Of a stretch of DNA of 64,000 nt, positions 1 to 12,720 are shown piece after piece. The DNA comes from Camelus ferus (Eukaryota): assembly GCF_009834535.1 (NCBI RefSeq), contig NC_045707.1:55802001-55866000 (forward strand), in the 5' to 3' direction. The translations under genes and the position numbers were made by a program. How positions within the stretch are numbered: the stretch's first letter is position 1; the number at the start of each line of letters is the position of its first letter. A model generated the notes under the pieces. That model was given only the letters and a program-made list of their open reading frames with translations. It did no database searches and was not told the DNA's origin.

Positions 1-1189
1 TGAGATAGTAAGGGGATTTAGGGTTGGGAATTCATGTTTCCACTGGGAATAGGACTAAAATATGGAACACTGAAGAGAGGACTTGGGTGAGGCCCAGAAA
101 GAGGAAAGGAAGGACTTGGTGGAAATGTTCTGGAATTGTAAACCCACACAGGAACTGGCCTCTCTGCATCCTATTAGTCCTTGTTACCACTTCCCTTTTA
201 TGAAAATAAATCAACAGGCAAGAGAAGCTATGAAAAAGAGGAAGACAGATAACAGACCTAGAGTTCTGGTTTTATAAATATATCTACTTTCACTCAAAGT
301 GTTGCTGAAATTACCCATATAGTTGTATCTTTACTGTTGTATGAACTAAATAACTTAAGATAGAATGTCAGAAGTTAGCCTTACCCAGTTATCACTCAGT
401 TAATACACTACACATTTGGGGGATTTTTTCAAGATAACCACCTTTAACTTTCCTTTGGAATTTGCAAACTTAAATGAGTCTGCAGAGTCTGAAGTTTTTA
501 ATGGAGTCTCACTCTTTTTCTAGTACCAAATAACTTAATGAAGGCTGTGGACTGCCATTCAACTGTATTCAGTCGAAACTGCTTACCCAATTTAATTTAC
601 TGGAGTGGTAACGATACTACGATGCTTCAAAACTAATGGTGTAAACTTTTAAGAAACATTTTCATGAAAAAGAGTATTTACACATCAACTCAAGGGATTT
701 CTTTATGTTTATTGTGCCCTGTACATGGCAATTAATTAATAAATAATTACTGAATTAAAGTTTTCAAGATTATCTATCTGGCTTACGGAAAAAAAGTGTT
801 TAACAGGGACTAAGACACAATGAGATACCTTATGCTCTGCAGTCCCAATAGCACTCCTTCTCCTTTGTCTCACTGGCATGCTTAATGGTCCGATGCCAGA
901 CTGGAAACCTAAATTAATTATCCTCGATTCCTTGCCTTCCTCCATGCCCACACATATACATTTATCCAGCTGTTAAGTCTTGGCAACTTTACCCCCAAAT
1001 CTCCCTTAACTCTGTCTTTTAATTATACTCTGTCCCTTTCTCCCAATTTGGTTTAAGCTATAATCATCTTTTCTCAGATTGTTTAAATAAAATTATTTTG
1101 ACAAAAAAGAATTAATGAATGGGTAGTTGAAACGACTGATGGGTGACAGATTAAATGAATGGACACAGAAGTAAAGCCTTGTGCAGGGT

Positions 1190-1930
1190 CTTTTATTATA
1201 AACATTTTAGGCATACACAAATTTCAGAGAATACAATAAAAAACTGTGCCCTTAATAAAGACAATCAAAGCCCCCTGTCCTGTTCCTGAACTCACCCCCA
1301 TCTTCCCAAGAAAACCACTACCCTGAAGTTAGCATTTACCATTGCACTGTATGCTTTACATTTTTATTTTTTTGTATGCCTGTAACAAATACATGATCAC
1401 ATACATTGACAAGTTTTAATTTTATAAATTTCTCATTATCCTCATGGGAAGCCATCCTGCCAAGCACCCACCTGGAACTTGAATTTTTTGCTCATCGTTT
1501 TGTTTTTCAGATTTATCCACGTTGATATGTGTAAGGTTCGTGGGTTCTTTCCCATGAATTCCACTGAATGACTACTCATTCTCTGAAGGAGGGACACACA
1601 GACTCTTTAAAGGAGGCTGCCATCAATATTCTTGTGAACATCTCTACACATACGTATGGGAGAGTTTCTAAGAGCAGAATGGCTGGATCACCGGAGATCT
1701 TCAAGTTAGCCAGGGTAGTTTACCAAACTGCTCTTCAGGGTCACTGTATCCAAATGCATTAGCATCAACATGTGACAGGGGTCTCTGTTTCACATCCTTC
1801 CTAACACTCAATATTGTCTGGCTTTTTAAACTTTGCAAATTGAAAGTTGTAAAATAGTACCTTATTCTCTGCTTGATTTTTTTCCTGATGGCTAGGGATG
1901 TTAATAACATTTTCATAAGTTTACTAGTTT
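1190..1930 (-). mobile_element. old L1 (L1ME-like) 3' fragment
   Basis: Antisense L1 hallmarks (agatttatccacgttgatatgtg, atggctggatca, ttaccaaactgctcttc, cacatccttcctaacact). ORF 1701..1916 gives decayed ORF2 C-terminus-like residues (MKMLLTSLAIRKKIKQRIRYYFT). Confidence 0.75.
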
Positions 1931-4494
1931 AAAAAAGCTAGTGCATAAAACATTTCCCCATCAGTAACCACCTGTTCTTCAACACCTGGACAGAATAAGT
2001 TTTGGAAGGGTTGTCAATGACGCAGTGATATTTGAAAGTTAATTACTCAGAGCTCCCACTACCTCAAAATGGCCCAGAAATAGGACTGTCTGGTCTGGTG
2101 TTTCCCTGGTCAGAGTCAGTTTCCCAAGACTGACAACCAGGTAACTGCTGTTTCTAAAGTGAAAAAATTGGTTATACACAAAATGGTAAATCCTTGATAT
2201 AGGTTCACTTTCCACGTGGTGAGAAAAGACACAAATCTGGGCAGTGAGAGGGACAGCAGGAGCCACACACATGTGTCACAGTACCTCTAGGGCCCTGGAC
2301 CACTGTGTGTGGGAGGAGGATGGCGGCTCCCAGCTAGCGAGCACACGAAGCCGACTTCTCTTCCTGACCGGCTTCTCTGTCTTTATCCTGCTTTTTTCCT
2401 GCTTTCTGCCTTTCTCCTTAGTTCTTTTTCTCGGAGCCAGCAAGAACATTTAAGATGAACAACGTGTTTCACAGTCTCCCTACATTTCTACTGGTACTGC
2501 CTGGGTTAGCACTGCATCCGATTCCTCAATTCCGCCAACCTCCTAGTCTCCCCACCTTCCCTTTCTTCCTTACTCCAGTGTCTTCCACCTGACCTTTGCC
2601 TTTCTTACACACCATGGGGCTTGAGAGGGTCAACCTGTGCCTACAGAAAAGAATCCAGACTCTTTTGCCCAGTACTAAGAAACCCTTTACAACCTGGCAC
2701 CCCAGTAAACCCCCCATATACATTCTGCATGAGCCACGTGAAACTTCTCTTTCTGCCATGTGCTACTGTGAGCATTCACTTCTCACCACACTGCTCTCCA
2801 GACAAAGCTCTTCTTCCACTTTCTTTTCCACAACCTTCAGCTCACTTTTAAAATGAACTGAACAATCTCTTATTCATAGCTTCCTTCTCTGTGTTCCTAG
2901 AGTTCTGTCTCTATACATTAACTGCAATGCTTACCACGATGAAATAGGTCTACTTGTAAGTGTCTGTCTTCACTGGAGGGTAAGACAGAGAATTTAACTG
3001 TATTTATAGTGTTAGGAGAGGTGAATTCTAGCCCAACCTCAATATAATTTAACAGACATTTATTAAGCACTTACTATATGTCAAGATTGCAGCCAGATAC
3101 TCTAGGTAAGTGGTGAAAAAGAACACTATGCCTTTTTTAGTCTCTATGGGACTTCAGCTAACTTTAGTAGTACACTTGGCAAACTCTTAGGAGGTACACA
3201 TCCTAGTATACCATGTATGCTCCTGAAACCTATGAGTTAGGTGAAACTGACATTCACGCCCTGTTTTGTAAACTACAGGGGACTGCTCAGAAGGATTCAT
3301 CACCCTCAAGGAGTTTGCAGTCCAGTGCACGAATACAAAGTCTTTTACTCCAGAGAAGAATGAGACATGTCCACAAGGGAGATACAAGGACTGAGCTATG
3401 GGGTGAAGGGAGATTATTTCCTTATAGGTGTGAAACTCTTAGACAAGATGAATTATCAGGTTGCTTTAAAGTCTTTCTATTCTTCCAAATTAAGAATAAT
3501 CTATAAACTTTGGAAATGAGTGGGTCAGATCAAAATCAATTTTTTACTTTTTAAAAGTGTTTTTGGCAAACTGCTGAGAGCGGAGCCAGCAGCGGAGAGA
3601 AGCCCTAATAGAGCAGAGTGTGAATTTCAATTAGGCTTGACATTCAGATGTCAGTGGCAACAGCCATGATGCTAACCCTTTTGAGACCAAACCAAAATGA
3701 AAAAAAAAAATTTTACTAAAAACCAAAATCTTAATACAACAAACTAAAAGAACTTTCACAAAATTTATGACCAAAAAAAAAAAAAAAAATTTCCCCAAAC
3801 CACAAGCAATGCAGTGCTCCCAATTCAGAAATGACAGTTCTCTGTAGTCATGTTTTGACTATAGTCATATTTTGAATAAAGCATCTTGGGAAAAAGATTT
3901 GCCAAACTGTACCTACAGCAAGGGACTACGACACAGGAAATCTGGTCATGGCGAGGCAAAATCTGACATAACAGAAATGATTCATTCTGATTCTCAGTTT
4001 CAGCACAGTATTTGTGTTTCTGCAATAGCTTTGAATAAAACAAAACAGAGGTGACAAGCAGGACACAAAGCTGTATTAAGGGAGCAGTTTCAGTTTGTCA
4101 GTGCCACATTTTATCCTGTGTGCTGAAGCCTTCTCTCCTACATCTGTCCCATCCCAGCGGGTGTTACAAGAATGTTCATTTACTTTTATGATGGGCGTGA
4201 TTGCCACATTGTGGAGTGCTATTCATTTCTGTGGCAACCAGAATGCCAACAGCTGTGGTTTAGGGGACAGCAAACAGTGACTGTAACCGAGTCATTTCAA
4301 AGGTGGTGATTTCCAACACATTTTAAAGTGCGTCTACTAAATTAAGAACATGACCTCAGAAATTACTCCTCACTGAAGATGATCTTGTTCCAAAGACAGG
4401 TGTTCCTGATGTCTTTAATTTCACAAGAAGTCTCTTATATGATCCAAAAGGAAAACCATGATCTCAGGCCACCTGAATTTCACTCACAGCTTTT

Positions 4495-4636
4495 TTGTTT
4501 TAATTTTCATTGTTTTAATTTTTATTTTTTTTATTGAATGAAAGATTGTTGAAATTCTATGGTGCTTTACAATTTTCAAAAGTTTCATAGACATGATTTC
4601 ATATAATCTCATAATAACCCGATTTCTCGCTACCCC
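4495..4636 (-). mobile_element. short poly(A)-tailed retroposed insert containing a MIR 3' fragment, flanked by a 15-bp TSD
   Basis: tcactcacagctttt occurs at 4480-4494 and 4637-4651. T-rich tail at about 4495-4534; the body resembles the MIR tail. Confidence 0.8.
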
Positions 4637-6629
4637 TCACTCACAGCTTTTATAAAACGCGGTCACTATACTGTTGAACTTGACCTGCAACAAGTACCTA
4701 GCTCATCACTTGAAGGAAAACTACTAGATAAAAGTTCTACCTTCGCTAGAAAATATATGATGACATTAAGTGCATGCAGAGTAGAAAAATGAAAATAAGT
4801 AGAAGTTATTGAAGGTTAAAAACCTGGAAGGAGAGAAGTTTAGAAAAAGACCTGCACAACAGACAAACATTATCTCCCTCGAACACCCATGAGCTGTCTT
4901 CCCTTACTAATCCAGAGAGCTGCTGCAAAACCCCACAGCACCTTGTTCTCTTCTTTAAACCAAATTCCTTGCCTATTTCTAGTCCAAATATGATTTCAGC
5001 AACATAATTCACTCTACACTTTTTTCATTTCTTTTTAGCATGAAGGGGCAGGAGAAACATGTGTGGTATGCTTTCTTGATCACAGTCATATTATGCAGAA
5101 GGATTTCCAGCTGTACAGGAATCCAAATGTGTGTGTGTGAAACGTGAGTCTGAATATATCTGACACTCATTTCAAAAAGTTCATACATGTCACTGCAATA
5201 ATCACATTGTTATTAAAATACATTTCAGGGATATGTTGGAAATTGAGATTTGGGCTTATGGTAATTAAGAACTCAGCTGTCATGGAAAACAGAAGTAGAG
5301 CTGTTTTTTTTTTTTGGCTGGCCTTTTTTTTTGCTATGCAAATTGATCTGATCAAAAAATACAATACACTAAGAAGTATAGACACACCACATTGACAAAA
5401 TCAAAGCTGTACTGGAATAAAGACTTGACAGAGGCCAACACAATCAACTTCAGGAAATTATTTTAACCTATGTACATCACTTCTCTAATTGACTTCTATG
5501 TTTGCCAATAAATAGCTTTGATCTGAGGGAGGTCAACTGAGAGATACTAGTTTGCATGTTGTGGAAATGAAAAATGTGTTCCTGAATAGGATTAACTGAA
5601 AATATTCATTTTTTTATTATGGAAATGAGCATGTCAGAGACCTCAAAACAGGGGATTGAAATAAAATTTAGGTTAGGTGTACACACTTGAAAGATGGGTG
5701 AGACTTTTTTTTCCCTCTCATGAAGCAGATGGGGACCCTAGTGTGAATGAGCAGGATTAATGCAAGGGTGGCAATGTCATTCAGAGCAATCACATTTGCA
5801 ACATGACATGAGAAGACAGCAACTGTCCACCCACAGAATGAATAGGAAAAAACCTCTCCCTGAGAGAATTCACTGCAGGCTTCATGCATGCAGCAAGCGG
5901 AAAGCTCTGGGAACGCTCTGAGTTAGGATGACCAGATCAAATGTAACAGGCAGAAGCAGAGCAATTCCTCCAGAAACTATAACTCTTTCCAGGTACTAAA
6001 AATAAAATGTAAACACACTGTCTGATGCATGGCATTCTATTTGCACTTTCACAGGGCCAAGACTTTGTTGATACATGCTTGGAAAAATAATGATGCAAGG
6101 TCTTCACACATCATTTCAGAAAATACTCCATCAGGACACACCAATCACAGGAAAGCCATGCTTTACTCCAGGCCACTACACTTGCCCAAGTGTCACACCT
6201 GCTGAAAATGTAGAAATAAACATGGCTCGTGTGTAGCTAAACTTATGGCAAATCCAGGGAGGGTTAATGTCAGAACTTCTGCCATTCACATGGTCTAAGC
6301 TCATGTCTCCCCCTCAAGATTGTTACATTCGATTGTGCACTTTGCCTTTATTTCTAAAATGTTCAGATCTGAAATCATCACATTCAGACTGCACCTCATA
6401 AACTTAAAGCCTGTACAGTCAGCACATTACAGGAAGGTTTTAAAGACTGCCTTGATGACACTCCTCTGCATAACAGCTTCCAAAATTGTCTATAAAACAG
6501 ATTTTGTATTGCCTTGAACTACTCTACCAACTTCTTATCTTTCTGAGCAACTCTGTTTGAAAGTGCTACACGCTTAGTTTTGTGCCTCCCTTCCTTGATT
6601 CCTTGATCTACCCTATTAATATAAAACAC

Positions 6630-6657
6630 GCAAGCAAGCAAGCAAGCAAGCAAGCAA
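6630..6657 (+). repeat. (GCAA)7 microsatellite
   Basis: Read directly from the sequence. Confidence 0.95.
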
Positions 6658-7841
6658 ATAACAAGCAATCGATAAAGCAATCTCACAGACCAAGAGTCCA
6701 AGCAACTGCTAGCCTCAAATGTATTTACTGAGTACTTATTCACCCATGCTCACAAATAACAACCAGAACAAGACCTGAACAGGAAGGCAGAACAAAATAA
6801 ATGATTCCGAAGATTAATTCTCATATTCCAACTCTGATTTCTTTTAGACTCATCTTCAATACTGAGTTAGGGAACCACAATGATTATGGGATACATGTAC
6901 GTTTTTACAAGATCATCAAGTAATAAATTTTTACCTACTCAAAAAATGTAATTTTGTATTGATGATGCAACAGCCTTGAATAGAGATCTGATATTTGACT
7001 ACAGAAAAACTTGGCTACATATCCCCTCTACCACCTAGGATTCATGTCTGAACAAATAAAATGAACTTCTTTAGAAGTACAAGAAAGGCACAATTTCTCA
7101 ATTCTTGAATGTAAGAAACCAGAGGCAAGACCCTGTTCTGCTATTACACATTAGCTATGCTTGAAACAAAGTATGTTATGAATACTTTGCTAACTATCTA
7201 ATTAAATTGGAGGCCATTTGTCTCATAAATGCTGAATGTCCATTACATATAATAACTAAATCCAATTTCAGTATCTTGAAATGGCTCATAGAAATTAAGC
7301 TACGCTCTAATGCCTGTAATTTAACACTTTTATTTACGTCGGGCAAAGACAAAAGTTTAAGAACTTTGTTAACTACTTGGGTCAAGAGAAGTAGAAATTA
7401 AGCAGTAATTAGAAAGGCAATATTCTGAGAAAGCTAAGCCCTGGAGGCTAAGTGAGCATGACCACATCCAGCACCAACTGAAAGGGCAGTGTCCAGCAGA
7501 GAAACAGGGGGGCGTGTGGCTGACGTGCAGGTCTACTTAACTCTAGCACCTGGAGAACCACAGGAGGACAGGAATCATGGCCATCCCAACAACAAGAGGA
7601 TCAATGCATTAAGGCATCTCTTAGGAAATAAATGGGGTTTAGGGAGGATGAAAAGAAAATCTGGAACAATGAAATAATTTCAATTTTAATAACAAAGTCA
7701 CTGAAGGAGCTTTCTGTAGGCTGCAAGTGGCTGCAACCTTTCTCCTGCAGTTAGTTCTACGACTATAATTTCTAAAATACATCGGAGTTCTTCAGTGATC
7801 TCATTCATTGTAGCCAATTTTCTTTCCTTTTTAATGTAAAT

Positions 7842-10260
7842 TTGTTCATTCACTTATTCATTCATCTCATCACTGGGCACCCACACTGGGGATTCGGTAG
7901 TACACAAAAAAGTTCAAAATCCCAGGCCTCACAGAATAAAAAATAAGTAAAATATATAGCGTGCTATATTTTGATATATGATAGGATAAAAAAATATAGC
8001 AAAGAAAAGGTTTAAGGAATGCACGTAAGGAGAGAGGTCAACAAACTATGGTCTGTTGGTTGTCTAGAGGATACGTTTTTAAATGGTTGAAAACCCTCAC
8101 ATGGAAGACAAATACATCATGATACCTGAAAATTACAGAAAATTCACATTTCAAGGCCTACAAATAAAATTTATTGGCACGTAGCCACATTCACTTATGT
8201 ATGGATTATCTATAGCTGCCTGCATGCTATGGCATGCAAAGACCTGAGTAGTTGCAACAAAGACATAATAACTGCAAAGCCTAAAATATTTTATCATCTG
8301 GTCCACTGCAACCAAAGTTTGCCAAATTCTGGTTTACAATATAAACAGGGAGCTCACAAAAGGTCTCTGGAGAAGATGGCACTAGACTGAAGAACTGAAG
8401 GAGGAGGCTTCTCAAGGAGTGGTGTGATCTGACTTATGCTTGGAATGCTGTATTGAAAGGAAACTCGTGAAGAAGGGGTCAAGTTCAGTGAGGATGATGT
8501 CTTTGACAAGGATAGCTGCAGTGGAAGTCGGTTGTGCGACCAGAAGAATGAAATGACTTACTACAGTGGAAAAGACCATATGAGAAGAAGGTGTAGGAAG
8601 ATGATCAAGAGGTCAGTTTGGAACCAGTAGCCTGAGGAGTCCCTGCAAGCGGAGATACTAAGAAGACACTGGATAGATCAGTCTGGAGTGCAAAGAAGAG
8701 ATATCAGCCTGAGATGTAAGTTAGGAAGTCACCATGGCTTCAAATGCTATTTAAAGCCATGAGAGAAGATGAGATCCCTGTTAGAGGGAGTGTACAGAGA
8801 AGAGTCAAGAGGCCCAAGAAAAGACGGGAATTTCAAGGTTAAGCGATTGGATGGTTGGGAAGGAACCAGCCAAGGAGATGACAGATATGAGGGATCTGAG
8901 TTAAGAGGCAGCAAACAGAGGGTGTGATGGTAAGACAGTATTTCCAGGAGAAATGAGTAATTATCTATGTCAGAGGAGACTGATAGGACAAGTAAAATTA
9001 GAACTGAGAACAAACGGATTTAACGATATTGTGTGTTGTTCCAGTAACTTTGACAAGAGCAGTTTCGGTGACGTCATTGGGGAAAAAGCCTGTTTGGAGT
9101 AGGTCCAAATAAAAATGGAAAGTTTTGCTATAAAGGGAAGGAAGGAAATGAAGCGGTAGCTGGAGGCACAAATGGGCTTGAGAGGCTTTTTGTTTTTCAG
9201 TTTTGGGAGACATCACATCTTGTGTAAATGCTGATGGGAAAAATCTGGTAGGGAGAAAATGTGTTAATTTAAAAGCGTCAGAGATACAGAAACATAAAAA
9301 CAGAGGGAGAAGGAGAGACAGAGGAAGAGGATTCACGTTCTTTAGTCGAGAATAGAGGTATCTAGTGAAGAAATGAAGAGGCTGGTTTGAGCTAGAAGCA
9401 TGGACAGTTTAACCATAACAACGGGAGGAAAGGTAGCATTTAAAGGCACAGATGCTAACAGATGGCTAGATTTGGTGATGGAATCCTCTGGAAGTTCTCT
9501 CTGATTGCCTTTAAATTCTCAGTGAAAGAGGAAGCAAGGCCATCAGCTGAGTGTGATGACGGAGGAAGAGCTGTTGGAAATTTTAGGTGAGACAGTAAAA
9601 TACGAACAGAAAAATGCCTAGAAAAATGTCAGACAGAATAGACTAGAAAATTCTAACATGTTTGCCACCCGGCACTGAGGTCTCACTTTGAAGTTGCAGT
9701 ACTGAGCTTAAAGTGAGTTTTCCTCTTCTCTAGCTATGTTTAGCTTTAAGATGCAGACCTGGAATAGGCAGGGGTCGATTTAACCAGGTGGTGATGGGGC
9801 CCCACAAGTACGATGAGGCAAAAAGAAGCAAAGGGGTTGAGGCTGCCTGCAAGGGCGTGATAATGATTGACCTTGAACTTTAATCCCAGCAAGGAGGAGT
9901 GCGAGGTATAATGGTCAAGAATATTGAAGCACTGGTGATTTCCAGGGGGTGGCTGAGGCATTTGGGAAGCTGGTGCCAGGGCTAGAGACTGTAGGCAGGT
10001 AGTGCACTGTCTGAAATGAGACCATGGAGGCAGAGAAAACAGCAACAGGGTCAGAGGGCTCTCTTGAGAGACCACAGTTAATAAAATATTTCAAGAGTTG
10101 GGGATTGATGGGTGATGTAGATGAAACACATATATCCAGAGGCTTATGGGAATTTGATCCTGGAAATAAGAGATGATCTGTGAGAACTGGGCAGTTCTGG
10201 GGGTGACTTCTGTTAACAGGTATAGAAAACATGACTGAGATTAGTCCTGATGGTACCAAA
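7842..10260 (-). mobile_element. long decayed L2 LINE (interrupted by MER58)
   Basis: Antisense L2 tail (ttcattcacttattcattc) at about 7845, a purine-rich L2 body, and an RT-region remnant QTGFFPNDVTETALVKVT at 9043-9096. Confidence 0.8.
8031..8330 (+). mobile_element. MER58 (MER58B-like) hAT-Charlie non-autonomous DNA transposon
   Basis: Starts aggtcaacaaactatgg, contains aaataaaatttattggcacgtagccac and gcaaagcctaaaatattttatcatctgg, and ends aaagtttgccaaattctg. Confidence 0.85.
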
Positions 10261-10581
10261 TGGAAAAAAAAAATGACATGAGAATTTTACTAACAAATAT
10301 TAGCAAAAAAGGGGCATGCATTAGGATAATTTTGTTAGTAAAGTTAATTTTTTTAAAGATAATCTCTACTAGTTAACACCTAACTTTAAGCACTAAATGG
10401 GCTGTTACTTGAGCCTCTGGAACTTTCATCAAAAAGTAAGCATGGCACCAAAAGTATTCCCTAAGCTGTTTCTAATAACTGATGAATACATTTCTTAATT
10501 TTATTATCAGACTGCTCTAGCAGCCTTGTATTTCAAGTTCTTAATCTTAATTTTCCATGTACTTCAGTAGCTGGCTAAAAC

Positions 10582-11081
10582 TGTAATAGGGAAGAACAAA
10601 TCTGACTCCATATTAGATCCGTTCCTTCGGCTTTATTTCCCATACTTAATCATGCTGGCTCGCACCTTTGGTAAAAGAAGGTTGCCTGTAGCCTGAAATA
10701 AACAGGATAGCCCATTCTCAAGGCTCTGACCTTTAAGGGTATTAACACTTTTCCATTCATATGACAAGTTGCAGAATAGAAAATAACATTTGTTTGGTTG
10801 GAGGTTTACAGGGACACCATGACCTGACCCACATGGACAGCTGCAAGAACAAAGGATTCCAACACCAAGAAGTTTGCAGTGACTAGCCACAGCCCCTCCC
10901 CTTTTCAGTACAGAAGCAGCCTGAACTCTGGCTTGGGGAAGATGGTTCTCCAGGACACAGTCTGCCATCTTCTTGGTCTGCCAGCTTTCCGAATAAAGTC
11001 ATTATTCCTTGCTCCAATACCTCATCTCCCGATTTACTGACTTGTCATGTGGCGAGTAGGATGAGTTTGGACTCAGTAACA
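10582..11081 (+). mobile_element. ERV1 solo LTR, MER41-like (500 bp)
   Basis: TGTAA...GTAACA termini, near-perfect 4-bp TSD (aaac/aaat), AATAAA at 10992-10997, and MER41-type motifs (tgactccatatt; gccatcttcttggtctgccagctttccgaataaagtc). Confidence 0.85.
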
Positions 11082-12559
11082 AAATCAGTATTCTCCAGGG
11101 AGGATTTGTGTCTGTCTCTGCAACCAGCCAGAGAACGCCACCACCCTAAAAACACCACATTTCTCCTGGAGGGTGTTGACCCCATCACAGGCCCTGCTCC
11201 ACCATACTGGCACAGCCACAAGGCTCATTAACGGGAAGGCAGGGCTGCTACTGGCCTCCATGCGGAAGAGAGCCCTGCTTCTCCAGGTGACTCACCACTT
11301 AGAATCTCAGTTTGAAGATGTTTTCTTTCACCCCTCCCCTACTTTAAAGGGTGGTTCTTATCTCTCTCTTAAAAGCCCAAGAGCATCTCAGAAGGAAAAG
11401 ATTATTCTATCCTCTACCAGGAGAGAGATTCTCTGTACTCTGCTGGACTGACAAAAGTTGAAGTCTTTGTGATGACAAAAGTCATTGAAATTTCAACTGT
11501 TATAAGAATTGGCTTCAAAATTCCCAGGAGATGAAGAGTTAGTCAACAACCCCCAATTCGGAGCCTGCATCTTGTGCAGAAGACCACTGAGACTAAGAGG
11601 GGGAGTTAAGAGGAAAGTGGATCTTGTTCTCAAAATGTTTTCAAACTCAAAGGAAGGGAGGAAGTGCCAAATACAGATGAGGAACATAAACAAATAAATG
11701 CGTACAGACAGCTCATGAAACACGCTGACATCCTCCTGAAATGTTATCCACTTTTGGCGGTACTCCAGTTTGTTTAGCTTACAATTGAGAACCACTACAC
11801 AACCCACAGTTTATGTATCAGAAGTATGCAGTGCTTTTCTCACAGAGAACGCTGACTGATTTGCATTTTGACACAGCCCTTTTCTTATATTTCAGTTTGA
11901 TGTCATGTCAGCAGAGCAATTCTACTTCTGGCCAAGATAGAGTCTAATTTCATCCCCACAAAAATGAGAACAAAGGCATTTGCTTTCCTTCAGCAGTTCT
12001 CTCCCTTTATCTTTAAGCAGCAAATGAGATTAGTGACCATATATATTTTGTTCCTTTCTTCACTTATAGAGAGTATAATGTGGTTAACTTTCCATGCTGC
12101 CAGGACTGATGTTCACAGGATGGATGGGGACTCAGCGTACTTACTTGCATTGCTGTCTATTCAAAATCAAACTTTTTCTCACATGGTCACAAATGCACCT
12201 ATAGGAGTATCTGCACCGCAAGGGCCTGAATGTGGCAAAGGTCTACCCAGTTGTAAGGAGCTGATGTCAATGTGTAAGCTGGTTATGTATGCATGACTGT
12301 CTTTCAAATTTAGTATTTTGGAATTATCTTTATAATATTAATTTGTTACATGCTTTCTACATGCAGTTTCCCTAGTGAAAACAATGTTAGTCAGTTGTTA
12401 ACTTGATAAATCATTTTCATTCTCAGTGTAATCATTTGGTCAATATGCATTGTACACAAAGGCCCTAGGTCTTCCTTAGTTTTAGTGTCTTAATGGGTGC
12501 AAAAGTCTGGCTTCCGTTGTTTATACTACAAGTATCTTACTCTTTTATGTGTGCTATTT

Positions 12560-12720
12560 TTAAATCTTTCAAAGCACACATACTTACACGGTCTCACTGG
12601 TTCCTTGTAAGTGACCAGAGAGATCTAGATCCTGAAGGATTAAGGTGTTTGCAGTAACACAGCCAGTGATCAGTACTGCTGGGTCCAAAACCCAACTCTC
12701 CCCACTCTCTTTCCACTTCT
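12560..12720 (-). mobile_element. MIR fragment
   Basis: Resembles the antisense MIR core (gaaggattaaggtgtttgcagtaacacagccagtgatcag...ccaaaaccc). Confidence 0.5.

Noticed and set aside
6170..6240. ctacac...gtgtag inverted motif suggestive of an ancient Harbinger-type element
   Set aside because: The match is too short to support by eye and would need a Dfam HMM hit.
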